Positions 31,723 through 39,856 of a stretch of DNA of 64,000 bases are shown here, one piece after another; positions within the stretch are counted from its first letter, which is position 1, and each line of letters opens with the position of its first letter. This DNA comes from Patescibacteria group bacterium (GTDB taxonomy: Bacteria; Patescibacteriota; Patescibacteriia; UBA10025; JAHIVO01). Under the pieces are notes generated by a model. It did no database searches. It worked only from the letters and a program-made list of their open reading frames with translations, and was not told where the DNA came from. The position numbers and the translations under genes are program-made. The stretch lies in assembly GCA_043808365.1 (NCBI GenBank), contig JAZDEZ010000021.1, positions 64,403 to 128,402 of the forward strand. Reading direction: 5' to 3'.

Positions 31723-33414
31723 ATGCCAATAGATTACCAAGAGCTTAAAAAAGTCCTGAAAGAATCCGAGCTCCTTACTGTTGAACAGATCCAGGACGCG
31801 CAGGAAAAAGCCTTAGTAGGCGACATGCCGTTGGAGCAATTCTTGATTGATGAAGAATACATTAGTGATGAAAATTTAGGCCAGGTCATCGCTGACATTT
31901 TTGGCGTGCCATATATGAATTTGAGCCAAAAGCAGATCAATGATGACGTGCTCCGCCTCATTCCGGAGATTGTCGCGAAACACCAGCATGTCATTGCCTT
32001 TGATCGGGGGCCGGCCGGGATAAAGTTGGGCATGTCTGACCCGGATAATGAGGAAATCATCCAGTATATCGTAAAAAAGACCGGGGAAAAGGTGGTGCCG
32101 TATTACTCCACGCCCCGGGATATCAGTGAGGCTCTCATCCATTACCGTCGGGGATTGAAAGAGGAGTTTGCTGATATTATCAAGCAAAATGTTGAGGCTA
32201 CGCGGCACGCTGATGAAAGCGGGCGCGAGCTGCCAGCCACCCGTATTATTGATACGATCCTGGAGTATGCCTATCAGAACAAGGCTTCCGACATCCATAT
32301 TGAGCCGCATGAAAAAAAGGTGATCATCAGGTATCGGATAGACGGCATCCTCCATGACGTGGTTACCCTGCCAAAAGACGTGCACCCTTTTATCATTACC
32401 CGCATCAAGATCATTGCCCGGCTGCGGACGGATGAGCACCGGGCCGCCCAGGACGGCCGTTTTGATTTCTTGGCGGACGGTAATAAGGTTGACGTGCGGG
32501 TATCCATTCTCCCGATTGCCGAGGGCGAGAAAGTGGTGCTGCGCATCCTGTCGGAAAAGTCCCGCCAGTTCAATTTATCCGAACTTGGTCTCAATCCGAC
32601 TGACCTGGAGAAGGTTGAGCATGCCCGTAACCGGCCATATGGCATGATCCTGGCGACCGGGCCGACTGGATCCGGCAAAACCACCACCCTGTATGCCATC
32701 CTGAAACTTTTGAATACAAGAGAAGTTAATATTTCCACAATTGAAGACCCGGTCGAATATGACGTGGAAGGCGTCAACCAGATACAGGTCAATACGCAGA
32801 CGAACCTGACGTTTGCCAAAGGCCTCCGATCCATCCTCCGGCAGGACCCGGACATCATCATGGTCGGCGAAATTCGCGATGAGGAAACCGCGGCCATTGC
32901 CATCAATTCCGCCATGACCGGGCATTTGGTCTTGTCGACGCTGCATACGAATGACGCGCCAACGACCCTGCCCCGCCTGTTTGACATGAAGATCGAGCCG
33001 TTCCTGATCGCTTCGACGGTCAACGTGGCCATCGCCCAACGCTTGGTCAGAAAGATCCATCAGCCCTGCCGTGAAAGTTATACCCCGACAGCTGATGAGC
33101 TGAAAACGTTAGTACGCATCATCGGCTCCGAGCGGGCGGCCAAACTCGGCGTACAGCGCGAGGGGTACCGTCTCTACCGCGGCAAGGGGTGCGATCTCTG
33201 CAGCCAAACCGGGTATGAAGGCCGGATCGGCATTTTTGAAGTAATGGAAATAACGGAGCAAATCAGGACGCTGATCATGCGGCGGGCGAATAGCGATGAA
33301 ATCCGCCGCCAGGCCGTGAGCCAAGGCATGACGACCATGCTTGACGACGGGTTGGCGAAAGTCATGGCCGGCATCACCAGCCTGGAAGAAGTCTTCCGGG
33401 CATCCCAAGAATAA
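31723..33414 (+). CDS. pilB: type IV pilus assembly ATPase PilB (GspE family)
   Basis: N-terminal GSPII_E_N-like region, 'ASDIHIEPHEKKVIIRYRIDG', Walker A 'GPTGSGKTTT', 'TIEDPVEY', 'IMVGEIRDEETA', and a tetracysteine-type 'C..C' region 'GKGCDLCSQTGYEGR'. Confidence 0.93.
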   Translation: MPIDYQELKKVLKESELLTVEQIQDAQEKALVGDMPLEQFLIDEEYISDENLGQVIADIFGVPYMNLSQKQINDDVLRLIPEIVAKHQHVIAFDRGPAGIKLGMSDPDNEEIIQYIVKKTGEKVVPYYSTPRDISEALIHYRRGLKEEFADIIKQNVEATRHADESGRELPATRIIDTILEYAYQNKASDIHIEPHEKKVIIRYRIDGILHDVVTLPKDVHPFIITRIKIIARLRTDEHRAAQDGRFDFLADGNKVDVRVSILPIAEGEKVVLRILSEKSRQFNLSELGLNPTDLEKVEHARNRPYGMILATGPTGSGKTTTLYAILKLLNTREVNISTIEDPVEYDVEGVNQIQVNTQTNLTFAKGLRSILRQDPDIIMVGEIRDEETAAIAINSAMTGHLVLSTLHTNDAPTTLPRLFDMKIEPFLIASTVNVAIAQRLVRKIHQPCRESYTPTADELKTLVRIIGSERAAKLGVQREGYRLYRGKGCDLCSQTGYEGRIGIFEVMEITEQIRTLIMRRANSDEIRRQAVSQGMTTMLDDGLAKVMAGITSLEEVFRASQE

Positions 33415-33423
33415 CCAAGCAAT

Positions 33424-34647
33424 ATGAAATTTGAATACGTTGCCACTACTGCCGCGGGCCAGCTTCAGCGGGGAACGCTCGAGGCGCCTTCGCAAAAGGC
33501 GGTTACGGATGTTTTGGAAAAACAGCGTCTTATTCCTGTTACTATCGTGGCGGCCGGCACCCACCGGCATTTGGTGACCGGCGGCATGACCTGGCAGTTT
33601 GGGAAAGGCGGCGTCTCCTATCTTGAACGGGTAACGTTTTGCCGTCATCTGGCGATTATGTTGAAGGCCGGGCTGTCCATCATAGAATCACTGAATGTCA
33701 TATTAGAGCAGACGAATAATAGAAAATACCGGCGTGTCCTTACCGGGGTTATTAAGGACGTCACTGACGGGAAAAATTTAGCTGACAGCCTCGGTGCCTA
33801 TCCCCGGATTTTTTCCGGGCTGATTTTAGGCATGGTGAAGGTGGGAGAAGCCAGCGGCACGCTGGAAAAGAACCTGGATTATGCGGCCAATGAGCTGGAA
33901 AAGGACTTTGAGCTCCGCCGGAAGGTGCAGTCAGCCATGCTGTATCCGGTCATCGTCCTGTCGGCCACGGTTATGATGGGCATCGGCCTGTCAATTTTTA
34001 TCCTCCCAAAGCTGGTCAAGATGTTCGATTCTTTCAATGTCGCCTTGCCGGTGATTACGAAAATTTTCCTTGGTATCGCGAATTTCCTGGTGTCGTACGG
34101 TATCATACTGATTATCATTCTGATAGTCATGATTTTTATCTGGCGCCTGCTGACCCGCTGGCCGCCGACGCAGCCATTTTTCCATAAACTGTACCTCTCG
34201 GTGCCGATTTTTAAAAAGATAATAGCCAACGTCAATACCGCCCGGATGCTGCGCATGCTTTCCATTTTATTGAAAAGCGGCGTGCCGATCATTGAAAGCC
34301 TGGAAATAACCTCTGGGTCCATCAGCAATGTAGTTTACCGGAAAATTTTATTAGATGCCATCGAATCGATCCAGCGCGGCCAGACCCTGACGTCCGTATT
34401 GTCTGATGAAAAATATTTCCCCAAAATGGCCAACCGCATGATCGATGTCGGAGAGCGCACGGGCAAGTTGGACGAAACCCTGGCGTATTTGAGCGGGTAT
34501 TATGATACAGAAGTTGATAATACCACGAAGAATTTGACCTCGGTCATCGAGCCGATATTGCTGATCGTGATCGGGGTGGTGCTCGGATTTCTGGCCGTGG
34601 CCATTATTTCCCCGATCTACCGTTTTACCGGCTCGATCCAAAGGTAA
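33424..34647 (+). CDS. pilC: type IV pilus platform protein PilC (GspF family)
   Basis: Two T2SSF repeats ('FCRHLAIMLKAGLSIIESL', 'MLRMLSILLKSGVPIIESL') and three TM segments. Confidence 0.92.
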   Translation: MKFEYVATTAAGQLQRGTLEAPSQKAVTDVLEKQRLIPVTIVAAGTHRHLVTGGMTWQFGKGGVSYLERVTFCRHLAIMLKAGLSIIESLNVILEQTNNRKYRRVLTGVIKDVTDGKNLADSLGAYPRIFSGLILGMVKVGEASGTLEKNLDYAANELEKDFELRRKVQSAMLYPVIVLSATVMMGIGLSIFILPKLVKMFDSFNVALPVITKIFLGIANFLVSYGIILIIILIVMIFIWRLLTRWPPTQPFFHKLYLSVPIFKKIIANVNTARMLRMLSILLKSGVPIIESLEITSGSISNVVYRKILLDAIESIQRGQTLTSVLSDEKYFPKMANRMIDVGERTGKLDETLAYLSGYYDTEVDNTTKNLTSVIEPILLIVIGVVLGFLAVAIISPIYRFTGSIQR

Positions 34648-34649
34648 TT

Positions 34650-35111
34650 ATGCATAAGGTACCATATATAATTCGGGCAGGGGGTTTTTCGCTTATTGAG
34701 CTGATGATGGTCATCGGCATTTTAGTGCTGTTAGCGGGCCTGTCCATACCTTTTTACCAATCGTTCCAAGTGGGTTCGCAGATGGACAATACGACGCGTG
34801 AAGTCGCATCGACATTACGCCGTGTCCAGGGGCTGGCCATGGGATCCCGGCAGTGGTCGCAGTGGGGGGTCCATTTGGAAGCCCACCGATATATTGTATT
34901 TGCCGGCGCGGCCTATAATGCCGGAGATCCGGCCAATGAAATTTTTACCGCTCCCACGACCATAACCATCAGTACCACGGCCGGCGCGGACATCATTTTT
35001 TCCCGCGTGAAAGGCGAGACTTCTAATGTCGGTACGATCACCCTCCAGTCAACCAATAATGAATCATCAGCCATAATCATTAATTCGCGGGGCATTATCA
35101 ATGTCCAGTAA
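34650..35111 (+). CDS. minor pilin / pseudopilin (prepilin-type N-terminal methylation domain)
   Basis: 'RAGGFSLIELMMVIGILVLLAGLSIPFY' is a class III signal with G/F cleavage and Glu+5. Confidence 0.75.
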   Translation: MHKVPYIIRAGGFSLIELMMVIGILVLLAGLSIPFYQSFQVGSQMDNTTREVASTLRRVQGLAMGSRQWSQWGVHLEAHRYIVFAGAAYNAGDPANEIFTAPTTITISTTAGADIIFSRVKGETSNVGTITLQSTNNESSAIIINSRGIINVQ

Positions 35112-37020
35112 AACCAGCAACCAATCCGGTCAAAGCTTGCTTGAGCTATTAGTGGCTATGGGCATATTCGTGCTGGTTATCGCCAGTACGATGTTCTTGA
35201 CGCTCGACGCCCACCTGGCAAATCAGGAGGGCGGGCAGAGGACCAGGGCCGCGGCATTGGCCCAAGAAGGCATGGAGGCCAGCAAGAGCCTGGCATCCCG
35301 TGGCTGGAAATATCTCACGGTTGGCACGCATGGCCTTTCAGCCGTCACGAATGTGTGGCAATACAATGGAGCTGTTGATTCTTTGGGAATTTTTTCCCGG
35401 GCAGTAACTGTGGCCAGTGTCAATCGTGATGTCAGTGGGAATATAACTACGTCTGGCGGGGCATTAGATTTAGATACTAAGTTAGTTACTTCCCAAGTGA
35501 CCTGGTCACCACGGCCCAATCGTCCCTCCAGCGTCATTGTGAATAGTTATATGACGAATTGGAAAAGTCGGCGGTGGATCCAAACACAACAAGCCGACTT
35601 TGATGCCGGCACGAAAAACCAGGTCGTATCCGCAAATATCTCGGGCGGTGAATTGGAACTGGCTTCGGCGGGCGGTGGGACGCTTGGGAACAAGTTCAAG
35701 ATTGACACGTCAGTTGCCACACAAAGATTAAATAATACAACAAATCGTATCTCATTCCGTTTTACGGCACAAAATAGCAAGACGGTTAATTCCATTCGTG
35801 TATTTATACATGAAAAAAACGGGACTGGAAATACATCTTTTCGTTATGGGTTGCAGGGTGATAATTCCGGAAATCCTAGTGGTACGTGGCTAGCGTCAGC
35901 TGATTTAGCCCTAAGTGGAACGGTAGCAACCAACAACTGGCAATCATTGACGCTTTCGTCAACGTATACCATTATTGCTGGGACCGTTTATCATTTAGTG
36001 GTCCAGCCGGTTCCTGGTACCAGTCCCGCACCGAATGGCAGCCGTTATATTTCTTTACGGGTTACTACACCACTGAATGCCATGATTCCACTGAGTAATA
36101 ATCCTGATTTACAGTCTAATGTTCTGTACTATACTGGTTCTTGGCAATTACCAATTAATCGGCAGCCGATATATGTCCTTGGTTTCACTGACGCCACGTT
36201 CGAAGGTGACCCGTATATTAGTCTGACGGAGGTTAACCAGGAAAGGATATTCGGCGGGAATTATGTCGGGGAGCAATTTACGCCAGGCAGTACTGTGACA
36301 GCCGCCGCCGTCACTTTTGAAGCCAAGAAGATCGGCGCACCGGCCGGAAACCTGATGGTTGCCTTATACGACGTGTCCGGGTCCTCATTAGTGGAGCAGG
36401 GCGTCCTGTCAGCCGCCGGCTCGGTTGGCACGTCGTACGGCTCCTTTACATATACTTTTACGTCCCCGCGTACTTTGAGTTTTGGCGCGACCTATCGTGT
36501 TTACGTTTTTTCGTCCGTAGCTAATAATAACTCGAATTATTTCCGTATTCGTAGGCTAGAGGTTACAAACAATGCAGTTTATCGAAACATATCGTACAAT
36601 GCCGTCGTTTCATTTTTAACCCGGAGCGCGAACAGCGGTGGCTCTTGGACGCCCTTTAACCAAGCGGATATCGGCGGGTATTATTTTACACTCCAATCAA
36701 GCTACCAGTTGACGGGCGATTTTATTTCCTCGGCATTTGATACGGGCAGCGCGAATACGGTAGATAATTATCTAGCCTGGACGTCTACGGTACCGGTGGG
36801 CACGACTCTGCAGTACCAGGTACGTACTGCCGCTACCCAAGTTGAATTGGCAAGCGCCACGTGGGTCGGCCCGGACGGCACTGGGGCCACGTTTTTTACG
36901 ACCGCGGGAGATATAATTGCCGATAATGCTAATACGCGGTGGATCCAGTATCGGGCGCATTTCACTTCTACTGGCGCAGCGACGCCGACGTTATCCGATA
37001 TTACGGTTAATTATGAATAA
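35101..37020 (+). CDS. large pilin-like protein (639 aa) with prepilin-type N-terminus
   Basis: 'NQSGQSLLELLVAMGIFVLVIAS' is followed by ~600 aa of unrecognised beta-rich sequence. The start overlaps the upstream stop. Confidence 0.65.
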   Translation: MSSKTSNQSGQSLLELLVAMGIFVLVIASTMFLTLDAHLANQEGGQRTRAAALAQEGMEASKSLASRGWKYLTVGTHGLSAVTNVWQYNGAVDSLGIFSRAVTVASVNRDVSGNITTSGGALDLDTKLVTSQVTWSPRPNRPSSVIVNSYMTNWKSRRWIQTQQADFDAGTKNQVVSANISGGELELASAGGGTLGNKFKIDTSVATQRLNNTTNRISFRFTAQNSKTVNSIRVFIHEKNGTGNTSFRYGLQGDNSGNPSGTWLASADLALSGTVATNNWQSLTLSSTYTIIAGTVYHLVVQPVPGTSPAPNGSRYISLRVTTPLNAMIPLSNNPDLQSNVLYYTGSWQLPINRQPIYVLGFTDATFEGDPYISLTEVNQERIFGGNYVGEQFTPGSTVTAAAVTFEAKKIGAPAGNLMVALYDVSGSSLVEQGVLSAAGSVGTSYGSFTYTFTSPRTLSFGATYRVYVFSSVANNNSNYFRIRRLEVTNNAVYRNISYNAVVSFLTRSANSGGSWTPFNQADIGGYYFTLQSSYQLTGDFISSAFDTGSANTVDNYLAWTSTVPVGTTLQYQVRTAATQVELASATWVGPDGTGATFFTTAGDIIADNANTRWIQYRAHFTSTGAATPTLSDITVNYE

Positions 37021-37537
37021 AGGGATTACAAAAAATCAGGTCGGCATGACCCTCATAGAATTGTCTATTTATATCACCCTCGTGGCGGCAATACTTGTCA
37101 TGGCCACGAGTTTCGCCTGGAATATCATCAACAGCCGGACCAAGGCATATGCGGTACAGGAAGTGGAGCAGAATGGCCGGTATATCATCGAGAAGTTCAG
37201 CCAGGCCGTCCGGCAGGCGAATGATATCACCGCTCCCGTCATCAGCACGTCCGGCGCGACCCTGACGCTGGTGATGAAAAGCGCGCCGGTCAGCCCGACT
37301 GTATTGAGCCTCAGTGGAACGCAGCTGACATTTAAAGAAGGGGCCGGCGCATCCGTAGCCTTAAATTCCGCCGCCGTGAAAGTTACAAACGTAAATTTCA
37401 GTAATATTTCATCGACCAATAATAAATCAAAACATGTACGCCTGCAATTCACTCTGCAAACGGTAAATCCAGGCGGACGCAATGAGCATGAGTTTAAAAA
37501 TGATTTTGATACGTCAGTCGAATTATTAGACCGCTAG
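37013..37537 (+). CDS. pseudopilin (prepilin-type N-terminus)
   Basis: Start moved to ATG 37013, giving 'MNKGITKNQVGMTLIELSIYITLVAAILVMA'. It overlaps the previous stop by 8 nt. Confidence 0.7.
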   Translation: MNKGITKNQVGMTLIELSIYITLVAAILVMATSFAWNIINSRTKAYAVQEVEQNGRYIIEKFSQAVRQANDITAPVISTSGATLTLVMKSAPVSPTVLSLSGTQLTFKEGAGASVALNSAAVKVTNVNFSNISSTNNKSKHVRLQFTLQTVNPGGRNEHEFKNDFDTSVELLDR

Positions 37538-37540
37538 CTT

Positions 37541-37942
37541 ATGCAGTACCCTCTTCACAACCAAAAAGGATATATTGCCCTCATTGCCCTGGTCATTATT
37601 TCAGTGGTGACGCTGGCTATCGCGCTGTCCATGAACAGTTTGAGCATTACGGAGACGGATACCGGCCTGGTGCGCCAGCAATCCACCCAGGCCGAACAGG
37701 CTGCGTATAGCTGTCTGCAGGAAGCCTATCTGCGTCTGATGCGTGATGGGGCCTATACAGGCGGAACCACCCTGACCGTGGCGCCTGGTTCCTGTACGGT
37801 TGTGTCCGTGGCCACCCCGATCCCCGCTGACCGCGTCGTGACGGTGGCCGCCGATGTCGGAGGGGTACAGCGCCAGTTTACCGGACAGGTGACTTGGTCA
37901 GCCGCTGGGTTGACGCTGGTCTCTTGGCAGGAAAATAATTAG
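37541..37942 (+). CDS. PilX-like minor pilin candidate
   Basis: 'NQKGYIALIALVIISVVTLAIALS' hydrophobic N-terminus, 133 aa, with position in the pilin gene run. Confidence 0.5.
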   Translation: MQYPLHNQKGYIALIALVIISVVTLAIALSMNSLSITETDTGLVRQQSTQAEQAAYSCLQEAYLRLMRDGAYTGGTTLTVAPGSCTVVSVATPIPADRVVTVAADVGGVQRQFTGQVTWSAAGLTLVSWQENN

Positions 37943-37993
37943 CGTTACCAGACCCGATATTAATGCTACAATTACCGGTGAATTAAAACGATT

Positions 37994-39238
37994 ATGTCAT
38001 TATTCTCAAAAAACGCACTGGGCATCGACATTTCCGATTCATCGATCGAGATGCTTGAGCTGAAAGAAAAAGGCAGGGCGCTGCGGGTAGTAGCGTACCG
38101 CCGGTTGGAGTTGCCCGACGGCATCGTTAATAACGGACGCATCGTTAACCAGCAGCTACTGATATCAAAACTCATCGAGACCCTGTCATTGCCGGGATAT
38201 GGGAATTTCAGCACCAAGGCGGCCGTAGTGTCATTGCCGGAATCCCAAACTTATATCCATCTGTTCCGTTTGCCGGCAGTCATATCCAGCCAGCAGCTGG
38301 GGGAGGCAATACAGTATGAGGCGGAAGAAACCTTGCCGTTGTTCTGGGACCAGACAGCGCATGATTACCAAGTAGTCAGGAAAGACAAGGATAACCAAGA
38401 CGTGCTCTACGTCGCCGGTTCCAATGAAATCGTCCATTCATACCAGCGGGTGGTAAGTGGTGCCGGATTTGAGCTTGAAGCGCTCGAGGCAGAATCGGCT
38501 TCTTTAGCGCGCGCGCTAGTCGGCAACCAGGCGTCTGAGCCCGTGCTCATCGCTGACATTGGGGCCCGGACTACCATTCTGACGATTTATGACCAGCAGG
38601 CCGTCCACTTTTCCGAAAATATTCAGATTGGCGGACGGCATATTTCTGACGCACTCGCGCAAACTCTTTCTGTTCCCCTGGCAGAAGCAGAAGCACTTAA
38701 GAAAAAATCCGGGTTGAATTCCTTGCCGTCAGCGCAGGCCATCGAGCCATGGCTATTGAAGATCGTTGAGGCCGCGCGGAAAGTCATGCTTAATTACAAA
38801 AAGAATTCTGGGCGCCAGGTCAGCCAGATTATTATGTGCGGCGGGTCTAGCCTGTTACCGGGCGTTGTCGAGCATATTTCCAAACAATTACATGTACAGG
38901 CAATATTAGGCAATCCCCTTTCTAACATGGCGCCCGGCGATAAAGTTTTCAATTCCCAGCCGCCCATCCTTTTTTCCACGGTCATTGGCTTGGCCAAACG
39001 CGGCCTGGATCACGTGAAGTTGCAGGTGGGCATTAATCTACTGCGCCATGCAAAAGGAAAGGATGCCCAGTCTGCCAAGGGGGGTACAAAAGCCACGCAA
39101 CCAAAGCAAGCGGCCGCTACGTTAGGCAGTAATTGGATCGCTCGCAATAAGCGCGGCTTGGTCATGATCGGCGTGTTCATGGTATTAGTGATTGCGTTCG
39201 GAATTTTGTATGTCGTAAAAATGAGACCTTTCGGCTAA
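37994..39238 (+). CDS. pilM: type IV pilus assembly protein PilM with C-terminal PilN-like TM segment
   Basis: Actin-like ATPase pattern 'ALGIDISDSSIEMLELK...', 'LIADIGARTTILTIY', 'IIMCGGSSLLPGV'. The C-terminal end carries 'RGLVMIGVFMVLVIAFGILYVV'. Confidence 0.85.
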   Translation: MSLFSKNALGIDISDSSIEMLELKEKGRALRVVAYRRLELPDGIVNNGRIVNQQLLISKLIETLSLPGYGNFSTKAAVVSLPESQTYIHLFRLPAVISSQQLGEAIQYEAEETLPLFWDQTAHDYQVVRKDKDNQDVLYVAGSNEIVHSYQRVVSGAGFELEALEAESASLARALVGNQASEPVLIADIGARTTILTIYDQQAVHFSENIQIGGRHISDALAQTLSVPLAEAEALKKKSGLNSLPSAQAIEPWLLKIVEAARKVMLNYKKNSGRQVSQIIMCGGSSLLPGVVEHISKQLHVQAILGNPLSNMAPGDKVFNSQPPILFSTVIGLAKRGLDHVKLQVGINLLRHAKGKDAQSAKGGTKATQPKQAAATLGSNWIARNKRGLVMIGVFMVLVIAFGILYVVKMRPFG

Positions 39239-39326
39239 GCGACTTAAGCAGTCAACGCATTTGTGATATAATGTAAGCGTTAAATAATTAATAAGGGCCA
39301 ACCCCTTAATTACAAGGAAATTTTAT

Positions 39327-39800
39327 ATGGCAGGACATGCACACAAAAAAGGCCGGGGCTTCACGCTCCTCGAACTCCTCGTCGTGATCGGCATCATCGG
39401 CATCCTGGCCGCGATCGTGATCGTCGCCATCAACCCGGGCCGCCAGTTCGCCCAGGCGCGCAACGCCCAGCGCTGGAATGACGTGAATGCTCTCCTGAAC
39501 GCCATTCACCAGTACGCGGTGGATAACCAGGGGCTGGTTCCAGCTTCCATCGGCGCGGGCCTGTATACGATTACCGATACTGTTGCCGTCGGCAATATTG
39601 ATCTCTGTCCGCAATTAGTCGGGACCACGGGCATTTACCTGACAGTCATGCCAGTTGATCCATCGACAGGCACTGCCTCGCCTACCTCCAACTGCATTGG
39701 CTATGATACGAAGTACACGGTAACGAAGGCCGCCGCAACTGGACGTATTACGGTCAATGCCACTGGTGAGCAGGGCGTTACCATTAGTGTGACAAGATAG
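39327..39800 (+). CDS. major type IV pilin (PilA-like)
   Basis: 'KKGRGFTLLELLVVIGIIGILAAIVIVAINP' is a canonical prepilin leader with the conserved N-terminal helix. It is 157 aa and followed by a strong terminator. Confidence 0.85.
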   Translation: MAGHAHKKGRGFTLLELLVVIGIIGILAAIVIVAINPGRQFAQARNAQRWNDVNALLNAIHQYAVDNQGLVPASIGAGLYTITDTVAVGNIDLCPQLVGTTGIYLTVMPVDPSTGTASPTSNCIGYDTKYTVTKAAATGRITVNATGEQGVTISVTR

Positions 39801-39825
39801 ACGGTTCTAGCTGAGTAAAATTTAT

Positions 39826-39851
39826 CCCCCCACACCTTAAGGTGTGGGGGG
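39826..39851. terminator. strong bidirectional terminator
   Basis: CCCCCCACACC-TTAA-GGTGTGGGGGG, a perfect 11-bp stem followed by AGTTTTT, between convergent pilA and the cohesin gene. Confidence 0.8.
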
Positions 39852-39856
39852 AGTTT

